Source: Octopus bimaculoides (Eukaryota). Taken from it: 63,943 nt of DNA. A program made the translations under genes and the position numbers. The notes under the pieces were generated by a model. The model saw only the letters and a list, made by a program, of their open reading frames with translations, had not been told where the DNA came from and ran no database searches. The stretch lies in contig NC_068981.1 of NCBI RefSeq assembly GCF_001194135.2, positions 142,570,332 to 142,634,274 on the forward strand. Reading direction: 5' to 3'. How positions within the stretch are numbered: position 1 is the stretch's first letter; every line of letters begins with the position of its first letter. Shown in pieces: positions 14,110 through 27,246 of this stretch.

Positions 14110-14220
14110 GTATCTGTCTACGTATCTATCTATCCATCTATCTATCTATCTATCTACCTATTTATTTATGTGTGTGTTTGTCTGTGTGTGTCTCTATCTT
14201 TCTTTCTGCGTGTGTGTGTG

Positions 14221-14273
<53 letters not shown>

Positions 14274-14452
14274 NNNNNNNNNNNNNNNNNNNNNNNNNNN
14301 NNNNNNNNNNNNNNNNNNNNNNNNNNNNNNNNNNNNNNNNNNNNNNNNNNNNNNNNNNNNNNNNNNNNNNNNNNNNNNNNNNNNNNNNNNNNNNNNNNNN
14401 NNNNNNNNNNNNNNNNNNNNNNNNNNNNNNNNNNNNNNNNNNNNNNNNNNNN

Positions 14453-14487
<35 letters not shown>

Positions 14488-14529
14488 GCGCACACACACA
14501 CACATACACACACATATATATATATATAT

Positions 14530-15628
14530 AAATGAAAAATGTATGGCAAATAAAGAAATGACAGCGTATACTGAATGTAAAAACGAACTGGAGACAAACA
14601 GAATGGCCGTGATTCTTGAGTTATCGACCAATTGGTAATTAACGATATGACTGAGTGCTTCCCAATTGACCTTGCCTGCAAAAAAAGTTTCCTTGTGGAC
14701 AGTTATGAAACGAGAGCAAACAAAACAAAATACAGCAAGCATAACAATACACTGTGTGATTTAGGACGGTGGACATGAACCAACAGACGAACAAAATATG
14801 GCCTTGGGGCTAAGGATACGAGAATAGTCGTTAACGCTTAGAAAATGTCTTAATGATGGAGGATGGAGAGACAGAAAATTAGGGACTGGTCAGCTACCGG
14901 ACCAGAGTAAGAAAGGAGGAAAAAGAGGAACTGGCCACGGTTTACGTGGTAGCAGAAAGCAGATGTGAAAGACAATAAGAGAGAGCGACAGAGAAAAAAA
15001 AAGCAAAGGTGTGAAGGGAAATGAGAAAGGCTTCGAATATGAGAGGGAGAGAGAGAAAAAGAGTAGGCAGAAATGCTAGAATAGACGTGAGAGGGTAAGA
15101 GAAAGAAAAGGGGAATAAATGAAGACAGCAGAGAGAGAGAGAGAGAGAGTCACACTATTATATTAACTCCTTGTTAATACAAATTCGTTGTGTGTTGCGT
15201 TCCATTACATAATAAATGAAAAAAATGTATGGTAAATAAACAAACAAAAAACGTACAATGAATGTAAAAACGAACGCACGTCTTCGTCAGTTATCGACCA
15301 ATAAGTAATATTCAGTTTCGCACCTTTAACGATAAGACTTAGTGCTTCCCAATTGGCGATGCTCGCAAAATAGCTTTCTTGCGGAGAATTAGGGATGAGA
15401 GCAATCAAAACAAAATAAAACAAGCGAAACGACACAGAGTGTGATTTAGAACAGTGAACAAGGAAGAAAAATCGGAGCAAATACGGCCTTGGGATCAAGG
15501 TGACGAGAATAGTGGGCAACGCTCATAAACTGTGTTGAAGGATGGAGTACGGAGAGACAGAGAATTTGCGACTGGTCAGCTACGGAACCAGTGTAAGAAA
15601 GGTAGGTGAAGAGAAACTGGGCACGGTG
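14530..15628. repeat. Two diverged ~415-bp direct repeat copies (14530-14945, 15214-15628), family unknown
   Basis: Collinear shared blocks: TGAATGTAAAAACGAAC, GTTATCGACCAAT, AGTGCTTCCCAATTG, GTGTGATTTAG, GGCCTTGGG, ACGAGAATAGT, GACTGGTCAGCTAC. Confidence 0.85.
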
Positions 15629-18434
15629 TGTGTTTTTGTTTGTGTGTGTGTGTGTGTGTGTATGTGTGTGTGTGTGTGCGCGCGCGTTACTCTAATCTCT
15701 AAACACAGAATAATCTTATTTTTTACAGATTCAATATAAGAATTATGTTTGCATAAATCATTTTATAATTGCCAACTGCAATTTCTATTCTCCTTATCAT
15801 GCAAATAGAATAATTAAAAATCAAGTTAAAAAAAAACAAACAATAATATTTATTGTAGCTAAACTTCTAATCATTCTTTGATATTATAGATTATTTCTAT
15901 ATAACCTTTAACGAATTTCTACTTTAATGTCATTGGTCACAGGTCGCTAAAATACTGAGGCTGCAAGCCAAGATATGCAAAGAAAATCTGTATTTCTTAG
16001 AAATGATATACTGAACAGATATCAATAACAGCTTGGCTTCGATTTCTCATGAATCAGTCAACCATATGTTTGTTTCCCATTCTATGTTTAAGATCTACAA
16101 CAGTAGAGTTTATAAGTTATCTGCATATAGATTCGTAGTTCTGGATTTCATACCTCGAGATAATACATCACATATTTAATTGTAATTTTCTATTAAGAGA
16201 GGAAAGTTTCCACTTGTAGTATTGAAGATAAATTTTCTCACCAGAATTTATGTATCGAGAACTTACGTTCCAACATGTGTTTAGCGGCGTGAAGATTATT
16301 CAAATTGAGTTCAGAGGTGAGCAATGTAAAGTAAGAGGCAAAAGAATGCTGAAAAGAGCCTAAATGCGACTTGCCATAAAACATAGCTCTTGTAAGTTGC
16401 ATACTATCACAGCACAATCCACTATGTTGTGAATAAATTATAATGATACTCCCTAATGTAAGTAAGTAAAGGTTCCTGAAGTTATCAGCCGCACAGGAAT
16501 AGTAAAGTTGAATGTTTTGTTGCTAAAACACGTAATGTAACAAATAAAGAAAAAAAATGAATTAATTAGATTTAGCGCAGAAATGAGAACAAAGCCAACA
16601 TCTTCTGAACAATGTTAATTAAATATGGTCAAGGCAAATCTGTGGCTAACCAAAACTTAATTCAATTATTATTACACATCGAAGAAACGAAATTATTGAC
16701 CTTGATTTTGCATGCTTACTGCATTAACTATTGTAACACTTGTTAATTTTTATGTAGATGGAAATATGACACATGGCGTGTATGAGTGCAATAATGTCTC
16801 CCACAATAATTTGACTCTTGACTGAGTCGTTCCATTTCATTATACTCCTCTATTTTTTTTTTTTTTTACCATGGCTCCTGCTGATTACAGTCAATAATCC
16901 TAATCGGACGAATTACAGCTGATTCAAGTATCATTCAAGAACAGAAACCTGAATGCTAAGCGGAGAGTTTCTTTCATTCGCAATACTAACAAACTCTATT
17001 TAATGTTGTACTATACGGTTCTGGGAGAATGCTGTTTATATACAGAAAAAAAAATACTTAAATAAACTTAGCAAGAAAACACTTGAAAAGTAAACCTTTT
17101 GTAAATAAATTACTTTATGATCTGCAAAATAATGTCCTCACTTGAATTTTCCGATCCGAATCTCCTGCATTGCTGGGTTCGTGAAATCCTTATAGGTAGA
17201 CCCAGGAGAACTCCCATGGAATGCAGTGTGTTCAGCGATAGCCCTGGATTTGTGATGGTTGTATGGCATATCTCATTGTGTCAATGCATCTAACATAACA
17301 TGGGTCTCGTTTCTCTGGACTTTGAGCTTTATTCACCCGACTCAGGTTTTGCTTGGGTTAAAAAGATGTGGCACTCCCTGAACAGCAACAGTTTGTTCTA
17401 TATCACAACTCTGTCTTTATTCCCACTGAAACTAAATTTGAATTTCAAGAGAAAGTGAAATTAATATGAAACGTATTGCAAATGTATGGTCCTTATATGA
17501 ATTTCTTTTGCTTTTCCCGAAGTAACACTCATCAAGGATATAAACAGATAACGATTCAAGCGTTCGAAACTAACCACTCGTCATAATACACAAGTTTTCA
17601 TCAATTTATGCGAAGACTTCAAGACTCCTAAGCAAAATTCCTCAATATTTTCGATAATTTAAGTTAATTTTCACATCTTTATTAATAAAGAAGCTCACAC
17701 TATACAATGTAGTCTCTGAAAACAAAATAAGAAAGAACAAAAATGAAAAGAAGTAAAAAAAAAGAGAGAAAAGAAAAGAAACAGCATGGTAACAGCTGGA
17801 ACGCCTTTATCTATGGACATTTTCAACCAGAGTAAACGACTAAGGGCTAAGAATTTACTCTGTTCTATGAATTTTCCAATTTCAAGTTTTAATGACTGTA
17901 AGCTACAAACACTCACAGTTAGTTGTTTTAGTTTTTCTTTTTGTTAATTGCATTATATAACCACAAGCAATATTCTCTATGAACGTGTAACCATATTTTT
18001 TATATTTGATTAAGTAGATATTTTTTAAACTCTAACAAATCTAGTAATACGCGTTTTCATTTCCCAGGGTAACCCAGCTCTTGAATATACGACACTAATT
18101 CATTCTAGAAAGGCATAAATGTTACACACACACACACACACGCAAGCTTTTCTGCTATAAATGTTTGACTATGTGCTTAAGTACATCATTAATGCGAGAT
18201 TATTATGTCTAGCATTTTAAAGAAGAACGGTGTTATTGGAAATCTGAGTGTAACCGGATTACAGTTCTGGTTTATAGACGGATGTCATTAATATTAATGT
18301 CACGTGACAAAGTCACGAACATTGTAAACTTTCGTTTGACCTCTCTTAAAAGTCGAATGAAACTGTGTTTCTGTAAGTGTATAATGACTAAATATTTAAT
18401 TTTTGAACTTTAAGAAAATAAACTAATGTGTGTG

Positions 18435-18486
<52 letters not shown>

Positions 18487-21013
18487 TGTGTGTATACGCC
18501 CAGATATTATTCTCATAAACACACATACTACAGGCATTGCCAGCATCATATACATTAAGATAGAAAACACCATTATTATTTACTCCCCCAATAATGCAGA
18601 ATGAGATTGAATGAATGAATACATGAATCAATGAATTAATAAAATATTTCCACTCCTTGGGTGAGGGCTGAAAGCCACTAGCAACACTACCACACATCAC
18701 TGCACACTATCATCTCGTACAACAGCCAGAAATATTAGAATAAACACGTCCGATTCTTGATATACTTCAAACCGAATAGAATATTTTTCAGGAATCTACT
18801 GAACATGCAGTGTATATAGAATGAGTTACCGAATTGCAGCCCAGAGGTCAACGTTGCTTATTCTATCATAGATTCTGGAATGCAATTATAACCTTCCAAT
18901 TTCATGTCTGCAATATGTAAGGATGTTTTGAAAGACCAGCAAGATAACCCGCTTTGTGGAGAGTAGGATGGTAAAACAAAAGCGTAATGCATTAACGCAC
19001 CAATGATTTTACATGCATTAGTAAGAATGTTATCTGTAATATTTAGGAATGACACCGAAATGGCAGAATCATCAAAGATTTGTAATACATAGATATAGCT
19101 TTTAACAACTTGAATTCAAGTCATATTGTCTTATGTCGTTCAGAGGAAGGACAAAAAAAACAAGATTCCACTCAGTTACGGGACCCGACTTTTTATCGAA
19201 TATACATTTGTCCAAATGTGTGTAAGTGCCGATTTTATAAGTAGTTTTATCGGTGCCCTGTCCACTTGGAAATGCATCTCCTGTTAACAAGGACAGCGAT
19301 TAAATGTCTATCTAGTTGTAAGTTTAAATATATCAATTTCGTTATTACTCTTCACAATAACGTCTTTACTAATATTATGTGCGCGGCATTGTTAAATTAC
19401 ACAAAGGAAAATATAAATCGTATTACATCATACATTATATAATAGTATTATATTAAGATAAATACATATCACCATAAAACATTAGACGATTGTGATAAGA
19501 ATTTCAGTTCGTTATCTTTTTATGACTTTACCGATTTCTTCTGAAGAGAGAGATGCGATATAAATAACTTTCGCTTGAACTGAGGCAAGGATAGCTTCTG
19601 TTTCTTTGTATTTTTTCCTAATCAAAGCAATATAATAATTCGCATAAAACTTAGAGATAACGTATTGCTCCAGAATGTTATTGATAAGAAATGCATATAT
19701 ACATAAATATGCACGCACTCATACACACATATAGAAATATACATATGTATGATATATGGGTGGCTATGTGTGTATTAAAATATTCAATTTCAGTTTAGTG
19801 TTAATGTATACAAAGCGTCTGTAATTTTTACATAAAGGAGCAGAAAACTCCCGGCTGTAACGAATAAAAATTGTATGAATGAATGAAAAAGCAATAATAT
19901 TACATAATAGTACACATAAAAATACAATCGTACATACAATAAAAACACGATAATAATAAAGCTACTAGGCCACAATCACAAATAGGAACAGACATTTGCA
20001 TGTAAATATCCACTCATCGATAATACACAGTCGATTTTATCTGTAAGTGTCTTAATTATATATNNNNNNNNNNTATATATATATATATATATATTTTAAA
20101 TATTTTCTCAGATTCATCCTGGTTCTTTCAATGATTATGTAGTTCTTCCAAAATGGTAATAAGTTGAAATGCTTTCAAAGTTATAAGGGTGTGGATAAAT
20201 AGCAACCAGTCATACTATGAAGTAAAAATCGATTGTCTATAAATGTTCTTATTGAAAAGTTTTCGCTTTGTGCCTATCCAGTGACGCTTATGTCTAACTC
20301 AAGTGCATCAATCACATAAGTAATATTGATTTTTGTTAAACGTGCCACAAGTGGTTTCTTCACAGGAAGGATGTATAAACGATGTCATCGGCCCTAGGGT
20401 ATTGCTACTATAAACCAACCTCGGAGACATAGAAACTAAACTCACACTAGAATTTATATGGATTAAGTAATTACACTAACGCATTTAATCTCTTTCTTTG
20501 TCACCTCACTCAGTCAGTTTTACCAACATTACCCATGTGTATAGTGTACTGAACATTTTTACGTTAGAATAAAATTTAAAAGAAATAAGCGCAATTGTAC
20601 AGGCATGTATACATACGTACGTGAAACACGGAACTAAACAATAAAATTCCAGTAAACATAGCTGTGTAAATGGAACAGCGTAAATGAACAGTGCATTATT
20701 AAAAAAAAATGTATCAGACATTTAGCATTTCTTTTTCCAATTTGGTAACATCTATATTTTCTAATTATTTATAGGTTTTATTTACAGGAATCACAACTTT
20801 ACCTCTTTTTTCTTCGGAAAACGAAGCAAGCTTAGAAGAATCACAGAAAGGTTATAACAACAATAAAAAAAACACCTACTTTAAAGCTAAAAGATACTCA
20901 TTCGTTTATTCAAGCGCACTTATTTAGTTGTTGTTCCAATAGTAATTAATAAGGCAGCTGCACTTATTTCAGATTCTATTCAAAATTATACGAGATACAT
21001 ACACGCTAACACA

Positions 21014-21051
<38 letters not shown>

Positions 21052-21053
21052 TG

Positions 21054-21092
<39 letters not shown>

Positions 21093-22299
21093 GGAAATAA
21101 ACGAAATAAGGCATTAACAACGACAACAGCATTAAGATTAACACTGCTCCAAGCAACGAGAGAAAAATGGTGGATTTATATTGGCTGACATAAAGATAGC
21201 TTTTCTGGCCGGTCAGCAAAGGTAATTAATCTAGGAAATTTGTAGAATCAACGTCAAGAGAGAATGAATGAAAAATGTTAATCAATATTATTAATAACAT
21301 TGCTGGCTTTTATCCTGAATTCAAATAGACTACAATGTTTCTTTCTTTTCCAAATTTAAGATTACATNNNNNNNNNNNNNNNNNNNNNNNNNNNNNNNNN
21401 NNNNNNNNNNNNNNNNNNNNNNNNNNNNNNNNNNNNNNNNNNNNNNNNNNNNNNNNNNNNNNNNNNNNNNNNNNNNNNNNNNNNNNNNNNNNNNNNNNNN
21501 NNNNNNNNNNNNNNNNNNNNNNNNNNNNNNNNNNNNNNNNNNNNNNNNNNNNNNNNNNNNNNNNNNNNNNNNNNNNNNNNNNNNNNNNNNNNNNNNNNNN
21601 NNNNNNNNNNNNNNNNNNNNNNNNNNNNNNNNNNNNNNNNNNNNNNNNNNNNNNNNNNNNNNNNNNNNNNNNNNNNNNNNNNNNNNNNNNNNNNNNNNNN
21701 NNNNNNNNNNNNNNNNNNNNNNNNNNNNNNNNNNNNNNNNNNNNNNNNNNNNNNATATATATTAGTAAGGGTAGAAATTGATATTAATCAATTAAAACCA
21801 GTGGTCTAGCATTTTAAAAAAATCTGAAGATTAAAATTATATTACATACAAAAATAAGAGGAATGACCAGCAAAAGTGAACTCCTATATGCTAGAAATAG
21901 ATGCCGAATCATCTAACCACGAAAAACATGTTCTCAGTAAAAAATTTAGCGACACAACAGAATGTATGCATACATACACGCATGCATACGTATATACAAA
22001 CATACGTACATACATACATACACATTAAGTTAATGCTTGTTTTTATGTTGGGTTATAATAAAAACAGTTTTACATTAATATGATGTGTGAGTTTGTACAT
22101 TTGTAGAGTACAAATTTATTATTCTTAAGCAAATATATTATGGACAGTAACTTGGCAGTGTCGGCTAATTATTTCATCGCCAGACTGCGATGCACTGAAG
22201 TTTAGCTTGGCTTTATATGGTCTGTGTACAGTTAAAATTTTCCGTGGAGGTGAGTGATTCAGTCGGACGGTAATTAGGTTTTACGGTAGGTTGTTATAG

Positions 22300-23330
22300 A
22301 GGGGTGCTTTACAGAAGCTTTTTATTGAATAAATTCGGAGTTATGTTATTTGTTTACAATTTATTCATGTATGTAGAACTTTGTAAGCAAATTTGTATAT
22401 TTAGATGTTACCTTTTGATTAGGTAGCCCCAGGATATGTCAATATTTTTGGTTTGTTTTTTGGCTTTGTTGGTTTTAATCCTTTACTTTGACAATATAAA
22501 GGTCAAAGATACAAAGCCCAATATTTAAAACGTTGATCATTAGATTGTAATTTTTTGAGGGGTTCACTAAAGAATGTAAGGAGGTTATATGTTTTAGTTG
22601 TCAATATTTTACCGGTTATTATTGCTATTTAGGTTATTTCTATAATTATTTGGAAGATGCAGATCATTAGTCAGGCATGCCATGATAATGTTAATACGGA
22701 AAGTTGTTTATCTTGCGCTTTGTGTACTTATGTTAGAAAGCCTTTTGTGGGTATTCTCGCTGGGACATTATTAGATGATTTCTAGATTGCTTGTTTAGTA
22801 CCAAGCTGTAAAAGCATCTTTAATGTATATTATGGGGAACGGTTAAGGTGTAGTTGGAGGAGTCGGAGTCGGAGGAGGAGTTGGTTTGTAATGTTTTAGT
22901 GTTTTTAAGACTTTATGCTTGCATAAAGAGACGAGTTCGGATTTCCGTTCAGTGTTTGGTCCAGAACAGTTAAAATGTGGTATCATTCATTAGTACAAGG
23001 TTTTCAGGACTTGTTCTTATATTGGTTGTGCGTGTGAGATTATTTTGCAGTTGATGTGAAATGGAGTTGTTTTTATTTTATTTATCATATGTTTGTATAG
23101 TCGTGTCTCGATTTTCCCTTTTGAATTGCAAAAGTGTGCGTCTGTTGGTTGTATCATTTTATGAACTGGCTTCCAGTTTGATCCTATATATGTAGTTACA
23201 GTACCTGGTTTTATGCTGGTCCTTACCGTTGCGCCAAATACATTATTTCTCGACAAACATTTTCCTTCTTGGCGTTTATTCGACTGTATGTTAACAAATA
23301 ATATCAACATATTGAAGAGAATCACAATGA
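22300..23330 (-). mobile_element. Degenerate Penelope-like element (Neptune-type) fragments
   Basis: ORF 23017-23325 has GKCLSRNNVFGATV..TYIG..ETRLYKHM..CKII (GIY-YIG), then broken YHIL..DQTLN.KSELVSLCKHK; weaker RT-thumb/linker-like residues (HKRLSNIST, LFNKKASVK) at 22300-22800. Confidence 0.7.
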
Positions 23331-23811
23331 TAATGTGCCGCTGAATTCACTTCAATATAAATCACTTCTTCCAAAAATCTCTTCCGGATATTGACATCTC
23401 CCAAAGTTGGCAATATCTTAACTCACTGTGATGTGTTGTAAGTCATAAAACACAACTCTAAACCATATGAGTTTGTGATCAGGAGAGATTAAACTATGTA
23501 CGATGTCAATGATAATCAATCGTCGAACTAGAAGATTATGTAAGTGAGGTAAGCTGCCTAGGCTAGGTTTCATTGTTTTCGAAATGAGAATACATACCAA
23601 TGGGCATATATATATATATATAAATATATATNNNNNNNNNNNNNNNNNNNNNNNNNNNNNNNNNNNNNNNNNNNNNNNNNNNNNNNNNNNNNNNNNNNNN
23701 NNNNGATCTATATATACGCACACGCCAATACTTGCACACCCCTTCTCCCCACACTCACACTTACACTAGCACACGCATATAAACACGTGCGCTCATTCAG
23801 ATATATATATT

Positions 23812-23989
23812 ATTCCATATTTAAGAGGAATTATGTACATTATTTACATTATTCACATTTGACGGATATTTGTCCTCATTTTGTTTGTCGTTAACACAAC
23901 GTCTCGTCTGATATATCCTCCAGCCTTCATCAGATGTCATGGGGAAATTTCGTACATGGGTTCACATTTTAAGGTATTGTTCGATGTTG

Positions 23990-24023
<34 letters not shown>

Positions 24024-24105
24024 CATTCAGGTCACTGCCTGGAATCGAACACGGAAACTTGCGGTTAGTTTCTCGCGGGCTTAACCACTATGCCATATAC
24101 CCGTG
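23812..24105 (-). mobile_element. Penelope 3' terminal segment or SINE-like unit: tRNA-like head + (AAT)n + hammerhead
   Basis: A-box TGGCATAGTGG (24095-24085), B-box GTTCGATTCC (24050-24041), (AAT)n ~23994-24025, hammerhead motif 23939-23892; begins just after the Penelope ORF end. Confidence 0.75.
23892..23939 (-). ncRNA. Type I minimal hammerhead ribozyme motif, probably inactivated
   Basis: TGACAT-CTGATGA-A-GGCTG(loop)CAGAC-GAGA-CGTT-GTGTTA: 6-bp helix I with two G-U pairs, palindromic ACGT helix III, GUU site; GAAA core changed to GAGA. Confidence 0.65.
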
Positions 24106-24109
24106 GGGA

Positions 24110-24920
24110 ATTATGGAGTGGATTTTTAGGGCTTATAAATCTAATATTCTTCTATCCTTCCTTATTACCGGTTCCTATATGCTGTTCATATATGCACTAG
24201 GTTTGCTTAGGAAGGTATTGTGTCCTAGCATATGTGCTGCTTCTTTTAGTTTTCGTATTTTCCAGTGGTGTTCTCTGTCTATTATTTTAACTTCATCCCA
24301 AAGAGGAAGGAGGTCTCCATTTTTCCATATATGATCAACTATAATGGATTTATCAATATCTCCCCTTGTCACAGCTTTGCGATGTTCCTCTACCCTTATT
24401 TTGAGGGGGCGACATGTTTCACCGTTGTATAACCTACCACAGCTACATGAGATAGAGTAGTTCTTGGTCATATTCTCTTCTATTAGTGATTTTACTCGAA
24501 GGAGATATTTGCGAAGTGTTTTATTACACTTGAATACTGTCCTGATGTCATATGGGCCGCATATCTTTTTTATCTTTGCGGAAAGGCCTTTCACATAGAG
24601 TAGACAGAATGTGTACAGTTTATCAGTTTCATCCTCTCTTTTCTTCATAATTGGATTGGAGAGTATGCTTTTCGGATAGCTGTTGCTTAAGAGATTGTTA
24701 CTTAGCTTGATCATTTCTTCGTGGTGGGTATCACGATCTCTACTTATATTCATTGTTCGACGTTTAAGGCACTAAGCAATCCCTCTCTTTACAGTGTATG
24801 GATGGTGGGAGTTGAAGTTGAGGTATCGTCCAGTGAAGGCCGGCTTGCGGTAAACAGATGTCCTGAACCCATACTTTGTTTGTGCTATTAATACGTCCAG
24901 AAATGCTAGCTGATTTTTGT
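24110..24920 (-). mobile_element. 5'-truncated Penelope-like element (Poseidon/Penelope-type): RT C-terminus plus GIY-YIG endonuclease
   Basis: NQLAFLDVLI..RTSVYRKPAFTGRYLNFNSHHP upstream of ORF 24175-24753 (LLYVKG..YSISCSCGRLYNGETCRPLKIRVEEHRK..SIIVDHIW..WDEVKIIDREHHWKIRKLKEA). Confidence 0.92.
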
Positions 24921-24940
24921 TTATTAAGTAAAGTATTAGA

Positions 24941-25336
24941 GCGGTTTAGCTCTTATTTATAGCAATGTTGGTGCTTCCTATCACACTAGCTACATTCAGA
25001 GACAATTACAATTCTCCTTTTTGGTGAAACATTGCAAACTGTTATTTATATGAATTTTATATATACACATTAAATCGCTAAATCATCCAATAATTCAGAT
25101 GACGAAAACATCAATACTAATGGTGAAGTGAGGACGGAAGGAGACGAAAAGTGGAGAGGTCTTAACTGATGAGGCAACAGAAATTCCCGAAACCGATGTC
25201 AATATTAAGAATTTGCGACCGGCACTTATCGGACGATTATGGTCCCTGTTAGCGTATATTTTCATTTCATTTATGTGCGGCTTAACTCTTATTGCTAACA
25301 ATGTTGGTGTATCCTAACACCCTAGTCACATTTAGT
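24941..25336 (+). mobile_element. Partial tandem repeat (period 336 nt) enclosing a hammerhead motif; retrozyme- or pLTR-like
   Basis: ~60-bp direct repeats at 24941 and 25277 (GCGGYTTARCTCTTATT..CAATGTTGGTG..TCCTA.CAC.CTAG..ACATT); hammerhead core at 25166-25200. Confidence 0.6.
25160..25210 (+). ncRNA. Degenerate type I minimal hammerhead motif
   Basis: TCTTAA-CTGATGA-GGCAA(CAGAAA)TTCCC-GAAA-CCGATGTC-aata-TTAAGA; core intact with GUC triplet; helix I needs a 4-nt bulge. Confidence 0.5.
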
Positions 25337-25339
25337 GAC

Positions 25340-25387
<48 letters not shown>

Positions 25388-27089
25388 GTTTGTGTGTGTG
25401 TGTGTGTGTGTGTGCGTGTGTGCTTGCGTGTGTGTGAGACAAGAGACGGAGAGAGAAAGAGAAGGGGAAGATTAAAAGTAGATAGTTAGGTAGTGCAGTA
25501 GAAAATTAATCAGAGAGAAGACAAAATGAATAAGACGGAAAAACAGAAAACGGCTACTGCTGCTATAATGAGCTTTTCACTGAATTGCCGTCGTTTCGGC
25601 ATAATTATCAATAAGACATTTAGCTCCAGTGTGCCGTTACATGAAACAAACATTCTAATTGCCTGCCAATGGTGGGGTAACGAAATGACGATGACGTAGG
25701 ATTTGCTCAAGGAAGCATAAAACAGTATATTGCAGCGTGTTTACGTTATCACGACACAAGATGGAAACTTTTATACAGAAATATATATACATAAAATCAC
25801 GCACGGCCATTAGTACCAAATTTACTAAAATCTATCGAGTTAGATGTATACGTGGCATAATTAGTTTTTGCAGCCAAGACAAATACATACTGGACAAATA
25901 AGCAAATTTTATTAAACACACAGCGCGAAAGAAAATTACAGGGTAGTTGAAATATTGTGAGCGCAAATAATGGTGATACAGCTGAGTGACTGTTTTGGAC
26001 GTTAACCATTTGCTGTAAAGAAAAGAAAATAGGAACATGGAAGAAAAAATATCAAGTTGAGGTCAAAAAGGAACATGTATCATCATTTTGGAAAACTTGG
26101 AAGTTATTCTGAGGCGGAAAAGAAAAGGAAGGAATTGAGTAGAGAAACAACGAACGAGGTATGGAGAAAAGGGACAGGGAGGGAAAATGGAAGGGTGGGA
26201 GGAAAGAATGACATTGGTAAAGAACGATGAGAGTCGAATCCAATAAATTGATTGATGGATATGAAAATTGGAGAAAGGGAGAAAAAGAACAAATAGATGG
26301 CAAAGATGAAAGGTGCACGAAAATAGAGCTTTCTATAAAGTCAACCTTTCTAAAGAGATTGATATCAGTACTCGATTCTATAAATACCAGTCGGAAAAGT
26401 CCTCTTTATGCACTCCAAATTAGCCTTGCTCCATAGCGCCACGAGCTTCTAAACCCGGAAAGAATTAATACCTTTTCATAGCAGATGGAGCAAAGCAAAC
26501 AACTTAGCTATTTATACAGTTAGATTATAGAATAGTTTGGAATTGAATGATATTCTGTATTGTTCGCCCATTTCCATCAAGTCCTAAACGTAGAATACAT
26601 AATAACCACTCCAAGAATATACGACTCCTTAAACTACTATATCTTAGCGATAAACGGACAACAACTATCAATTCGTAGCGAGGAGCTAGATTTAGCTCTG
26701 ACATAATGTGAACCCTCCTTAATTCCTGTTCAAACCCAGAATTCCAGACACCAGGAGCACGTCTATACTGATCAGCTGCTAATATGACTTGTCCACGTTC
26801 ATATGCATTATAGAAAATGAAACGTTATAAATGCCTATGGGCAACTTTATAGGGAAACTAAGCATTCAGATAATAAAAAAAAACACATACGTACTAGTTT
26901 ATGAAAAGGAAAAGGAAAATAACTTCGGGATAAACGTTTGTGAAGATAAGTACGATATAAAAGGGTGCTACACATTTCTCTTTACGTATCATTAAAAATA
27001 TAACATCCTACATTACTGAGATGTTTGTACATAAGCGAAACACGCAGGTCATAGACAGAATCAATCATAATAATATATTAGTTTCACAT

Positions 27090-27246
27090 TTTGGCACAAG
27101 GGAAGGGGCTACGTTGATCACATCGAACCCAGTACTCGATAGGATGAAAGGCAAAGTGGACCTCAGAAGCAAAGTGGACCATACAGATAGACGAAACGCC
27201 GCTAAAGATTTTGCCCGGTTGCTAACCATTCTGCTAGCTCACTGCC
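27090..27246 (-). mobile_element. Degenerate SINE fragment
   Basis: GGATGAAAGGCAAAGTGGACC and CATCGAACCCAGTACTC blocks resemble the conserved body of mollusc tRNA-SINEs; recognised by eye. Confidence 0.5.

Noticed and set aside
22235-22258. 18-bp AG..GTGAGT micro-exon candidate
   Set aside because: Weak acceptor, at the edge of a Penelope remnant, and does not chain with neighbouring phases.
24031-24103. Possible tRNA gene
   Set aside because: A and B boxes are present but I could not build a proper cloverleaf or acceptor stem; it is embedded in a retroelement terminus.
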